Part shown: positions 41,160 to 49,686 of the stretch, piece by piece
Layout: every line of letters begins with the position of its first letter
Position numbering within the stretch: the stretch's first letter is position 1
DNA from: Bacteroidia bacterium
GTDB taxonomy: Bacteria > Bacteroidota > Bacteroidia > UBA4408
Length of the DNA stretch: 64,000 nt
Assembly (NCBI GenBank): GCA_043778625.1
Contig: JAYWFU010000104.1
Location: forward strand, 3,216-67,215
Reading direction: 5' to 3'
Translations under genes and position numbers: made by a program
The notes under the pieces: generated by a model
What the model saw: the letters and a program-made list of their open reading frames with translations, nothing else
Database searches by the model: none
Told to the model about the DNA's origin: nothing

Positions 41160-41358
41160 CACTACTAATGAACTAGCCAAATATTCAGGCATAGCATTTA
41201 AAATGATGGCAGTAATAGTAGCATTTGTAGTTGCTGGCAAGTGGTGCGATGCTTATTTTAATTGCAAACCATGGTGTACTATTTCGTTTTCAATACTATC
41301 AGTGTTTATAGCATTGTACGCTGCGTTACATGAGTTTATAACAGATACTAAGAAATGA
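41140..41358 (+). CDS. AtpZ/AtpI-like small membrane protein
   Basis: 72 aa; two TM helices; typical partner of bactofilin upstream of atp operons in Bacteroidetes. Confidence 0.5.
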   Translation: MPKKQPSTTNELAKYSGIAFKMMAVIVAFVVAGKWCDAYFNCKPWCTISFSILSVFIALYAALHEFITDTKK

Positions 41359-41768
41359 AAAACGTAGTCTTCAAAAATTTAAGTGTATTCATAGTTATTG
41401 AACTGTTGCTTGTAACAGGTTTTATTATTCTTAACAACTCGTATTTCAAAACCAATCACCCTAGTGTATATAATCCTGCACAGGCATTAATGTTGGTGTT
41501 TTTTGTAGGTATGTGCACACTTATACATGGTGTATTATTGTACTTAAATTCCCAAAGTCCACGCCAATTTATACCTTATTTTATGGGCAGCATGGGCTTA
41601 AAACTATTTGCTACACTAGGATTTATGATACTGTACGTACTATTGCACAAAGCGCAGGCAAAATCGTTTTTAATAAATTGCACCATTAGTTATTTTACTT
41701 TTACAATGGCACACGTAGCATTAATACTTATTGCAGTAAATAATAAGCCCGCAACAATAGGTAAATAA
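41355..41768 (+). CDS. hypothetical polytopic membrane protein
   Basis: 137 aa; 4 predicted TM segments; translationally coupled to the preceding ORF. Confidence 0.45.
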   Translation: MKNVVFKNLSVFIVIELLLVTGFIILNNSYFKTNHPSVYNPAQALMLVFFVGMCTLIHGVLLYLNSQSPRQFIPYFMGSMGLKLFATLGFMILYVLLHKAQAKSFLINCTISYFTFTMAHVALILIAVNNKPATIGK

Positions 41769-41849
41769 TTTAGCCCTTAATACTTGGTAGTTGTTGTTAA
41801 ATAACTATTTTTATAAAAAATCAATTTCAACACAATAATTAATAGCATC

Positions 41850-43757
41850 ATGAACAAAAAAAATCTATTCCTATTCCTATTTTTACTCACAGTTAGCGTA
41901 GTTGCAAATGCTCAATCAAAGATACTAACTAAAGCTGACACTGCTTTTTTTAGCTATAAAGAGTATAACACAGCGTTAGATGGGTACCAAAAATTTTTGA
42001 AAAAAGAACCTAATAGTTCCGAAAAAAAACGTGTACACTACCAAATAGCTGAATGCTACCGTAACGAAAATAAATTTAGAGATGCTGAAAAATGGTATGA
42101 AATAGCAATGGAAGAAGGCTACGACGAACCCTTATTATTAGCTAATTATGGCGAAATGATGATATTGAGTGGTAACTACTTTGGAGCGCGCGAAGCATTT
42201 AAAAAATTTTTAAAAACAAATCCAACACACGAAAAAGCTAACTTACGTTTAAAGTCGTGCGATTTTGCATTAGTTAATCAAAATTATGTGTCCAGTTTTT
42301 CAATTTTAAATCAAGGCGAAATTAATACTCCTGCAAGCGAATATGGGTGCGAAATAATGGCTAACGACAAAATGATTTTTGCAAGCACACGTGCCAACGG
42401 TACCACTGAGCGCTTTGATAATTACACAGGACAAGGGTTTAGCGATTTTTACGAAGCAGCACCAAGTGGAGAGTACAATTGGAAAAACGCTAAAAAATTA
42501 AAAGGTCCAGTAAACACTGATTTCAATGATGGTACAATGACCTACGACCCAACACATAAAGTAGGATATTTTACACAATGTAACGGTACTAACGGCAAAA
42601 AAGAAAACTGTAATGTGTTTCTAGCCACCTTAATTACCAAGGATAACGTGTGGTCAACCCCTCAAATATTAAGTGTAAATAATCCTGATTATAGTATTAA
42701 ACACCCTAGTATAAGCCGCGATGGTAAAACCTTATACTTTGCTAGCGATATGCCAGGAGGTAAAGGTGGTGCTGATATTTGGAAAATAAATAGCCTAGGT
42801 AACAACGTATGGAGCGACCCTATTAACTTAGGTAATAACATAAACACATCGGGTAACGAAATGTTTCCTTTTATAGCAGGTGACTCCGCATTATATTTTT
42901 CGAGCGATGGCTACATAGGTTATGGCGGATTAGACTTATATAAAGCAAAAATTGTAGGCAAAGAATTCCAAAAACCTGTAAATATGTATCCGCCGTTTAA
43001 CTCAAGTGCTGATGATTTTGGAATTGTATTTAGTACCAAACCCGACCGCCAAGGATTATTTTGTAGTAATAGAATTGATGGTTTGGGAGATGATGATATT
43101 TATTCGTTCTTCTTAACCCCTGTTGAAATAGCTGCAAGTGGTAAAGTAGTGGATCAAAAAACAGGCAAACCACTCACTAAAACTAAACTAACACTAACAG
43201 CAGCCGATGGTACTGTAATGGAAACTATGCCCGAGAGCGATGGTACTTATACTTTTAAAGGATTAAAAAAAGACATGATGTACACCATTACCGCAAGTGG
43301 CGATGGCTATTTTAACGACAAAAAAATATTTGAAACCGAAAACGATAAGCGTAGTAAAACATATAATAAAAAATCAAATTATGATTTGGATTTTTCGTTG
43401 TTACGCTTGAGCAAAGAAGAAATTGCAATAAACAATATTTACTACGCACTTAACAGTGCCGATTTAACTGATAGTTCAAAAGCATCGTTAGACCGATTAG
43501 TTACCATATTGAAAGAAACACCTAATGTACGTGTAAGTTTAAATGCACATACCGATGCACAAGGCGATGATGGATATAACATGACATTAAGCCAAAAAAG
43601 AGCGCAAAGTGTAGTTAATTACTTAGTGGCACATGGCATACCAGCCAATAGATTGGAAGCAATAGGGCATGGCGAAACTCAATTAGTGGTTAAAAACGCT
43701 AGTGATGACTTTGAACATCAATTGAACCGAAGAACAATGCTTAAAGTAATTAAGTAA
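41850..43757 (+). CDS. porE: PorE-like T9SS component: TPR + TolB-like beta-propeller + carboxypeptidase-regulatory-like domain + OmpA C-terminal domain
   Basis: 635 aa; signal peptide; TPR region; WD40/TolB-like repeats; a CRD-like segment (VDQKTGKPLTKTKLTLTAADGTVMETMPESDGTYTF); canonical OmpA_C motif (NAHTDAQGDDGYNMTLSQKRAQSV). Confidence 0.65.
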   Translation: MNKKNLFLFLFLLTVSVVANAQSKILTKADTAFFSYKEYNTALDGYQKFLKKEPNSSEKKRVHYQIAECYRNENKFRDAEKWYEIAMEEGYDEPLLLANYGEMMILSGNYFGAREAFKKFLKTNPTHEKANLRLKSCDFALVNQNYVSSFSILNQGEINTPASEYGCEIMANDKMIFASTRANGTTERFDNYTGQGFSDFYEAAPSGEYNWKNAKKLKGPVNTDFNDGTMTYDPTHKVGYFTQCNGTNGKKENCNVFLATLITKDNVWSTPQILSVNNPDYSIKHPSISRDGKTLYFASDMPGGKGGADIWKINSLGNNVWSDPINLGNNINTSGNEMFPFIAGDSALYFSSDGYIGYGGLDLYKAKIVGKEFQKPVNMYPPFNSSADDFGIVFSTKPDRQGLFCSNRIDGLGDDDIYSFFLTPVEIAASGKVVDQKTGKPLTKTKLTLTAADGTVMETMPESDGTYTFKGLKKDMMYTITASGDGYFNDKKIFETENDKRSKTYNKKSNYDLDFSLLRLSKEEIAINNIYYALNSADLTDSSKASLDRLVTILKETPNVRVSLNAHTDAQGDDGYNMTLSQKRAQSVVNYLVAHGIPANRLEAIGHGETQLVVKNASDDFEHQLNRRTMLKVIK

Positions 43758-43765
43758 CGCAATTT

Positions 43766-44551
43766 ATGCCGTTAACTAATTGCAAATTTACCACTGAAGT
43801 AATTAACGAATTAACACTGTTAGCGTTAAAAATTACTCACACAATTACTGAACATTATACCAGCATCAGCGTTAGCCATAAGCTAACGCTGATGCTGTTT
43901 TCGTACCAACAGTTACGCAACCCATATAATACAACCACTACGGAATTAACTAATACACTATGTATCTACGAAGACCAATGGCATACCCATAAAGCAGTGT
44001 TGTTAAGCCGTATACAATCATTATTAGGTAATAATGAAATAATGTATGCACGCCACTGTAAAATCGTTAAAATTAATAGCGTAGATGCTATTAATTTTTT
44101 AAATAAAAATCATTTACTAGGCGGGGTTAGTACTGCGGTGTATTACGCATTGGTACATCAAAATCAACTTGTGGCAGTAGCCGCATTTAGCCATGGGCGT
44201 GCCATGCGTCGCTTGCCTAATAATAAGTTAGGGTACGAGTTGGTAGCTTACGCATCAATAATTGATGTAAATGTAGTGGGAGGATTAAGTAGATTAATAG
44301 CGCAATTTATTACGGATTATTCTCCTGGCGATATTATGACTTATGCTGACGCCACGTTTACTAATAGCGCAAATAATGTTTTTTTGAAACTTGGTTTTAC
44401 CTTTCATAGCCAAAGCCCAGCACTTACTTTTATTATTACTACTAATACGCACAGCCGTATTAAAGCTAAAAGTAATATCTATAATTTAGCTGCGCATGAA
44501 TTAGTTTATACCAACAATGGTAACGCTAAATTTGTACTTAATACACTATAA
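43766..44551 (+). CDS. hypothetical protein (possibly GNAT-like)
   Basis: 261 aa; no strong motifs recognised. Confidence 0.35.
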   Translation: MPLTNCKFTTEVINELTLLALKITHTITEHYTSISVSHKLTLMLFSYQQLRNPYNTTTTELTNTLCIYEDQWHTHKAVLLSRIQSLLGNNEIMYARHCKIVKINSVDAINFLNKNHLLGGVSTAVYYALVHQNQLVAVAAFSHGRAMRRLPNNKLGYELVAYASIIDVNVVGGLSRLIAQFITDYSPGDIMTYADATFTNSANNVFLKLGFTFHSQSPALTFIITTNTHSRIKAKSNIYNLAAHELVYTNNGNAKFVLNTL

Positions 44552-44563
44552 GTAGTTACAAAA

Positions 44564-45112
44564 TTACGGCGTAGCATTAACTATTTCCAGTAATTTCAAT
44601 ATCGTTTTCCAGTTACGGGTAGTGGCGCTAGTTTTTAGTTTGGCTTCTAAATAATTATTACTCAACTTAGTAGTACCATAACCACTAGGGCAGTGTAAAT
44701 ACACGGTAGTGTTATTAATAATATAAGCATCTGCGCCATAATTACCTGCACTTAATAGTGTTAATTTATCAATAGTGGGTGAAGTGTTAAGCAATGTTAC
44801 GTGCAGTGTTTCAATAGAGTGGTTGTTGTTAATTACATACGTATTATTGTGAGCAATATCGTATAAATTAGTAGCCGTAATAACAGTTACAGGCACGTCA
44901 AAGTGGTACTGCGTCTTTATAGCGTTGGAAATTAATTCAGCAATTTTTTGTGTATTGGTTTCAGTGCTTTTAAACACAACATTTCCACTTTGAATATAGG
45001 TGGTAACGTTTGTAAATTGTAGAGTTTCGTACAACGCTTTTAAATCAAGCATTTTAATGCTTTTTTGTCCACTTACGTTTATGCCTCGTAATAATGATAA
45101 GTAGGTGTACAT
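44564..45112 (-). CDS. DUF1697 family protein
   Basis: 182 aa; N-terminal LSLLRGINVSGQKSIKM matches the LLRGINVGG hallmark of DUF1697. Confidence 0.6.
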   Translation of the reverse strand: MYTYLSLLRGINVSGQKSIKMLDLKALYETLQFTNVTTYIQSGNVVFKSTETNTQKIAELISNAIKTQYHFDVPVTVITATNLYDIAHNNTYVINNNHSIETLHVTLLNTSPTIDKLTLLSAGNYGADAYIINNTTVYLHCPSGYGTTKLSNNYLEAKLKTSATTRNWKTILKLLEIVNATP

Positions 45113-45161
45113 TAATTAAATATAGTTAATTTTAATAGGAGTATTGCTTTTTTGCTAATTA

Positions 45162-46808
45162 CTATTTTTGCACTACCATTTTTTTAATAATTATAGTTCC
45201 GTCTTGAGTAGTAATTTTAATACAATACAATCCGTTACTTAATTCGCTAGTAGTAATATCATAAGTTGTAGCCCACGTAGTACATTCGTTTATAACTGTG
45301 CCCGTAGGGCTATAAAGTGTTAGTGTTGTAGCGCCCGCCAATGCTGATAAATTTAACGTGCAATTATTAGTTGCAGGGTTAGGGTACAAGGCAATGTCTT
45401 TAGCGGTTAATTTACCCGTAGCGGTTACACAATTATTAATGGTAATAGTGCTACTAGTAGGTACACTACTACCCGTAGCATTACTTGCCGTAAGTGTTAT
45501 TGTATAAGTGCCTGGGGTATTGTAAGTAAATACAGGGTTGGCAACAGTACTAAAATCAGGCGCTGCACCATTAGCAATCCAACTCCAAGTACTTGGGCTG
45601 TTACTAGAACTATCGTTGAATGTAATAGGTTGAGTTTCGCATTTATTTGTAGTAGTGTCAGTATAACTTGCTATGGGAGGGATATTGGTTACCCCCGTGT
45701 TTTTAGTATACCATATTGGCGATGTCCAAATTACATTGCCATCAGTTTGTGTTATGCGTAAGTAGTAATAATTAGTACTGTTATTAGCTACCACAGGCGT
45801 GTAGTTAAGTATAGCCGTAGTTACTGTTTTAACAATAGTTGGAGTAATACCACTACCCGGTACACCACTGTACACTTCTATTTTGGACACATTATCGCCC
45901 GCATCAGCATCAGTAATAGTAGCGCTTAATGTAGGGTTAGTAGCTTGCTCAATTATGCTACCCATAACTTGATTATTAATAGTGTAGTCAACTTTTGTAT
46001 TCCAATCGTCAGAAGCATAAAAACGCATTTTACGCATTGCCTCCAGTAATGCAGGCTGTGTAAGCTCGGTAGCCATAATTACTAACCTCCCTGCCTGCGA
46101 CCGCCCAAACACTGAGTTGTGGGTGTCGTGGTCGAGGCCTGCACCCAAATGATAGCCTTGCGCCAAAGCAGCATGATAGCGTATGGCGTAGGTTGATGTA
46201 CTATTATCAGTATAAGTAGTGTTGGTTGAAAAAGCTGGGCCACTACGCAATGCCCCACCTATTACACAACTATCAGCAAGGGAGGTATAGGTAGTAAAAA
46301 AATTACTATAATCGCTTGCTTGTGGGTGTGCCAAGTAAGCAAAAGCACCTGGTTTTTTAGTTATTGTTTTCCATAAATTAATGTAATCGTTTTGCGCCAC
46401 AAACACATCGTAGTTGTTAGGAATCCAACTTATTAAAGAATCGTAACCATATATTAGCACGTGCCCTCCGTTAGATATAACGCCAAACTCCATACCGTAT
46501 AACGCCACAAAAGCTCCGTTAGTTGTGGCCGCTTGTGCATCATTCCAACCTTTATGGTAGTTAGCAGGTGTCATTTGTACCGAGGTGTAATGGTTATGCT
46601 CCGAAACACCATAAAAATCAATATGCTGTGATGCTTTAGCATACACAAATGCTTGATAAGGAGTAGTCATAAGTGATGTAGCACTATCCTTATTACCATC
46701 GGAATAAGACGTGTGTGCATGTATATTGCCGTAATAATAATTATAGCTTTGACCATTAACTAATGTTGCACTACACAATATTAATAATGCAAGGAATACA
46801 TATTTCAT
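45162..46808 (-). CDS. secreted PHP-domain (metal-dependent phosphoesterase-like) protein with PKD domain and T9SS C-terminal sorting domain
   Basis: 548 aa; signal peptide; GNIHAHTSYSDG PHP motif; PKD-like FTYNTPGTYTITLTASN; T9SS CTD LYPNPATNNCTLNL...GLYCIKITT. Confidence 0.6.
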   Translation of the reverse strand: MKYVFLALLILCSATLVNGQSYNYYYGNIHAHTSYSDGNKDSATSLMTTPYQAFVYAKASQHIDFYGVSEHNHYTSVQMTPANYHKGWNDAQAATTNGAFVALYGMEFGVISNGGHVLIYGYDSLISWIPNNYDVFVAQNDYINLWKTITKKPGAFAYLAHPQASDYSNFFTTYTSLADSCVIGGALRSGPAFSTNTTYTDNSTSTYAIRYHAALAQGYHLGAGLDHDTHNSVFGRSQAGRLVIMATELTQPALLEAMRKMRFYASDDWNTKVDYTINNQVMGSIIEQATNPTLSATITDADAGDNVSKIEVYSGVPGSGITPTIVKTVTTAILNYTPVVANNSTNYYYLRITQTDGNVIWTSPIWYTKNTGVTNIPPIASYTDTTTNKCETQPITFNDSSSNSPSTWSWIANGAAPDFSTVANPVFTYNTPGTYTITLTASNATGSSVPTSSTITINNCVTATGKLTAKDIALYPNPATNNCTLNLSALAGATTLTLYSPTGTVINECTTWATTYDITTSELSNGLYCIKITTQDGTIIIKKMVVQK

Positions 46809-46897
46809 TATTGAAATTTAATAATTTAATTGAACTTATTTTATTGCAAAATAAAATAAGTATTCTAAAGAAATTTAGTGTATTAAAATACTAAATA

Positions 46898-48034
46898 TTA
46901 TTCTGTTACACATTTTAGTACTTGTGTTGCCAAGCCTTGTTGCAACTGTGCAATATATAATCCTTTGGGTAAATGACTAAGGTTAATAGTTTGATTAGTG
47001 TTATTAATTAATTCGTTAATAACCGTTTTGCCTGCCCCGTCTATCACTACTAATGTGGTAGCAACGGTAGTTGTTTTGTTTATAATTAATTGATGTGAAG
47101 TGTTGCTATAATACATGGTTACCCCATCAATTTTAGTTAAACTAGGCAAGGCATTTGTTGGATTAAGTTTTTGATATTCCACCGTAGTAAGCAACCCAAG
47201 TGTTGTGGGGTTGGTGGAGTTATAGGTAACTTTTAGTACAGGTTCTTTTTTGCCTGCTACTATCCACTTGTATTCTGTAATGTATTGTGTAAATATAATA
47301 CCTGGCAATGCCCCAGCAATGCCCGATTTTAGTTTTAACGAATCGTTTAGCACGCTATACGATTTTACACGCAAGCAGTTAAACGTACCTAGCGGAGTAG
47401 TTACCATGCCCCAGCCATCTACTTGGTTGTAGCGGTGTCGTTTCTCTTCTACAAAAGCTACATTGGGTACATCAATTTTCCAGGTACTGTAACAGCTATC
47501 TACATTACCATAATTTAATGGGAATTTAAACCACACGTCCATATCGTATTGTGGGTCGAGTGCTACTGAAAGTGGTAACCCATTAACCATTGCGCCAAAA
47601 CCTGTTTGCGCATACAAGCGCTCAGGGTTAGGATTGATGATAGGTATTACGGGCTTATTAGGGTTTTTGTAAAAACCATATACCTTAGTTATTTGTATGG
47701 GCGATAGCGCGGGCAACGGAATATCATCAATTTTAATGGCTACATCCGAACTATTTTTGGTTATTTGATTATTAAAATATAATTGATAGGCTATGGGTGC
47801 CGAGGTTACACTTACAAAAGTATCTAAGCGCGTAGTGGTTGAATTTAACTGCGAAAAATCCCACATAAAATCAGCTCCTGTAAGCGTAGCGTCAACACCG
47901 TTTAGGTTAGTGGTAATGCCCATATACACCGTGTCTTGTGCCTTGGGCATATCAGTACGTTTTATGGTTATTTGCGCAAGGCCTAGCTGTGCAGTAAGCA
48001 TTAATAGTGCGGTAGTTATTGGTTTACTGTTCAT
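46898..48034 (-). CDS. secreted protein with T9SS C-terminal sorting domain
   Basis: 378 aa; signal peptide; C-terminal HLPKGLYIAQLQQ CTD-like. Confidence 0.55.
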   Translation of the reverse strand: MNSKPITTALLMLTAQLGLAQITIKRTDMPKAQDTVYMGITTNLNGVDATLTGADFMWDFSQLNSTTTRLDTFVSVTSAPIAYQLYFNNQITKNSSDVAIKIDDIPLPALSPIQITKVYGFYKNPNKPVIPIINPNPERLYAQTGFGAMVNGLPLSVALDPQYDMDVWFKFPLNYGNVDSCYSTWKIDVPNVAFVEEKRHRYNQVDGWGMVTTPLGTFNCLRVKSYSVLNDSLKLKSGIAGALPGIIFTQYITEYKWIVAGKKEPVLKVTYNSTNPTTLGLLTTVEYQKLNPTNALPSLTKIDGVTMYYSNTSHQLIINKTTTVATTLVVIDGAGKTVINELINNTNQTINLSHLPKGLYIAQLQQGLATQVLKCVTE

Positions 48035-48120
48035 AATTTAAGTTAATTAATAATTTACAATGAATGGTTAATACTGTTTACTTACTGAATAAGCGTCTTA
48101 CACGAGTTTTGTTTATTTAA

Positions 48121-48300
48121 AATAGGTGTCTTTTAACAATTATTTTTTTTTCTAACACTTCAATACGTTTAAGTAATTGTTCAATTAGCAATTGTTGTTG
48201 TTCGTTTTTTAATTTTTCGGTTTAATGTTGTGCATTAAGTTCTTTTATTGCTTCAATTAATATGGGAGTAAATTTGCTATCATCTACGTTTTGTAGTATT
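48121..48300 (-). pseudogene. decayed 3' remnant of a second tail-fiber/peptidase-S74 gene
   Basis: 48215-48300 is ~80 percent identical to 49745-49830, the 3' end of the 1430 aa gene. It encodes VDDSKFTPILIEAIKEL, then frameshifts into a coiled-coil LKNEQQQLLIEQLLKRIEVLEKK. Confidence 0.55.
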
Positions 48301-48304
48301 GGTA

Positions 48305-48826
48305 TTAATACGCACGAATGGTACTTGCGTTTACTTCCATTAAGTCGCCTTTTTGCTTGAGCACAGCTATACCTAGGTCTAGGGCTTCTTGCTCCAATTC
48401 GGCATAAAAACTAAAACTAGCTAAGCCACAGTATATGGTATAGTCAGCATAATCAGGATTAAGTGCTCTAAAATTTGGTACTTTACTTTCCACCAGCTTT
48501 ATAAGGTCGTTTTTGTGCGCTTTGTATTTACATTCGATAAGTGCTATGCTATTACCGTTGTACATTACCACATCAAATTCGTCCTGTAGGCGTTTGGTAC
48601 GTTGTTTTACGTTACGGTCCACATAATCGTAACTAATGCCCGCAAACAATTTAGACGTTTCAAGAGCGTTATAAAAATAATATTCGGCAAAGTCACCGTT
48701 GTTATGCCCTACATTTGATAATTCCCTGCTTGTGCGCTCTACTTGTGCTTCAGTTTGGGCAAAACGCAAAGCGTTTTGGGCTATAAGTTCTGCTAATGAT
48801 TGCTCTATTCTATCTATACGTTCCAT
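48305..48826 (-). CDS. PD-(D/E)XK-like nuclease-fold protein with N-terminal coiled coil (paralog 2)
   Basis: 173 aa; motif DEFDVVMYNGNSIALIECKYK (D..E.K). C-terminal ~60 aa nearly identical to 48959-49528. Confidence 0.5.
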   Translation of the reverse strand: MERIDRIEQSLAELIAQNALRFAQTEAQVERTSRELSNVGHNNGDFAEYYFYNALETSKLFAGISYDYVDRNVKQRTKRLQDEFDVVMYNGNSIALIECKYKAHKNDLIKLVESKVPNFRALNPDYADYTIYCGLASFSFYAELEQEALDLGIAVLKQKGDLMEVNASTIRAY

Positions 48827-48871
48827 GTGTAGTATATTTTTAATTTTAACACAAATATAATTATATTTTAT

Positions 48872-48907
48872 ACAACAAAGGCTACCTATCAGGTAGCCTT
48901 TGTTTGT
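48872..48907 (-). terminator. long conserved hairpin (ACAACAAAGGCTACCT-ATC-AGGTAGCCTTTGTTTGT) between the paralogs: terminator/attenuator-like
   Basis: 16 bp stem. A near-identical element at 49626-49661 precedes paralog 1. No strong U-run. Confidence 0.45.
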
Positions 48908-48958
48908 TATGTTTTAGCACAATGCACTAAGAAATTTATTCATTAAGATGGAGCTTAA

Positions 48959-49528
48959 CTAATACGCACGTATTGTACTTGCGTTTACTTCCATTAGGTC
49001 GCCTTTTTGCTTAAGTACTGCTACACCTAGGTCTAATGCTTGCTGTTCTAATTCAGAGTAAAAACTAAAGCTCGCTAAGCCACAGTATATAGTGTAGTTA
49101 GCGTAGTCGGTGTTGAGCTCTCTAAAATTACTTACCTTTTTTTCTACTAATTTCTTCAAGTCCTTTTCATGCGCTTTGTACTTGCATTCTATTAAGGCTA
49201 TGCTGTTGCCGTTGTACATTACTAAGTCAAATTCGTCTTCTAATCGGTGGCGTTTAATGTGTATGTTTTTGCTAATTGTGTCGTACTTAATTCCTGCAAA
49301 TACCATAGTTTCGCTAAGCGAATTATAAAAATAATCCTCCGCATAATCGCCATTATTGTGCCCTATGTTAGATAGTAAAGCTTCCGTTTTAGCAAAACGC
49401 TCGTCGCCTTTGGCAAACAATGCTTTGGTTTCGGCAAAGCCTCTTTGTGTTTGGGCTTGGGCTTTTTGATTTTCGGCTTGCATTAGGAGTATGCTTGCCA
49501 CTAGGTCTTTAAGTTCTTGGTCGGTCAT
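48959..49528 (-). CDS. PD-(D/E)XK-like nuclease-fold protein with N-terminal coiled coil (paralog 1)
   Basis: 189 aa; DEFDLVMYNGNSIALIECKYK; same C-terminus as paralog 2. Confidence 0.5.
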   Translation of the reverse strand: MTDQELKDLVASILLMQAENQKAQAQTQRGFAETKALFAKGDERFAKTEALLSNIGHNNGDYAEDYFYNSLSETMVFAGIKYDTISKNIHIKRHRLEDEFDLVMYNGNSIALIECKYKAHEKDLKKLVEKKVSNFRELNTDYANYTIYCGLASFSFYSELEQQALDLGVAVLKQKGDLMEVNASTIRAY

Positions 49529-49625
49529 GGGGATAGATTGGGTTTTAGATATTAGACACTAAATTTTAGACGTTAGATATATAGATGGTAGGTTTTTGTA
49601 AGTACAACAAATGTAGTTATTTTAT

Positions 49626-49661
49626 ACAACAAAGGCTACCTGTCAGGTAGCCTTTGTTTGT
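49626..49661 (-). terminator. long conserved hairpin downstream of the tail-fiber-like gene
   Basis: ACAACAAAGGCTACC-TGTC-AGGTAGCCTTTGTTTG; duplicated at 48872-48907. Confidence 0.45.
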
Positions 49662-49686
49662 TATGTTTTAGCACAAGTCGTTATTT

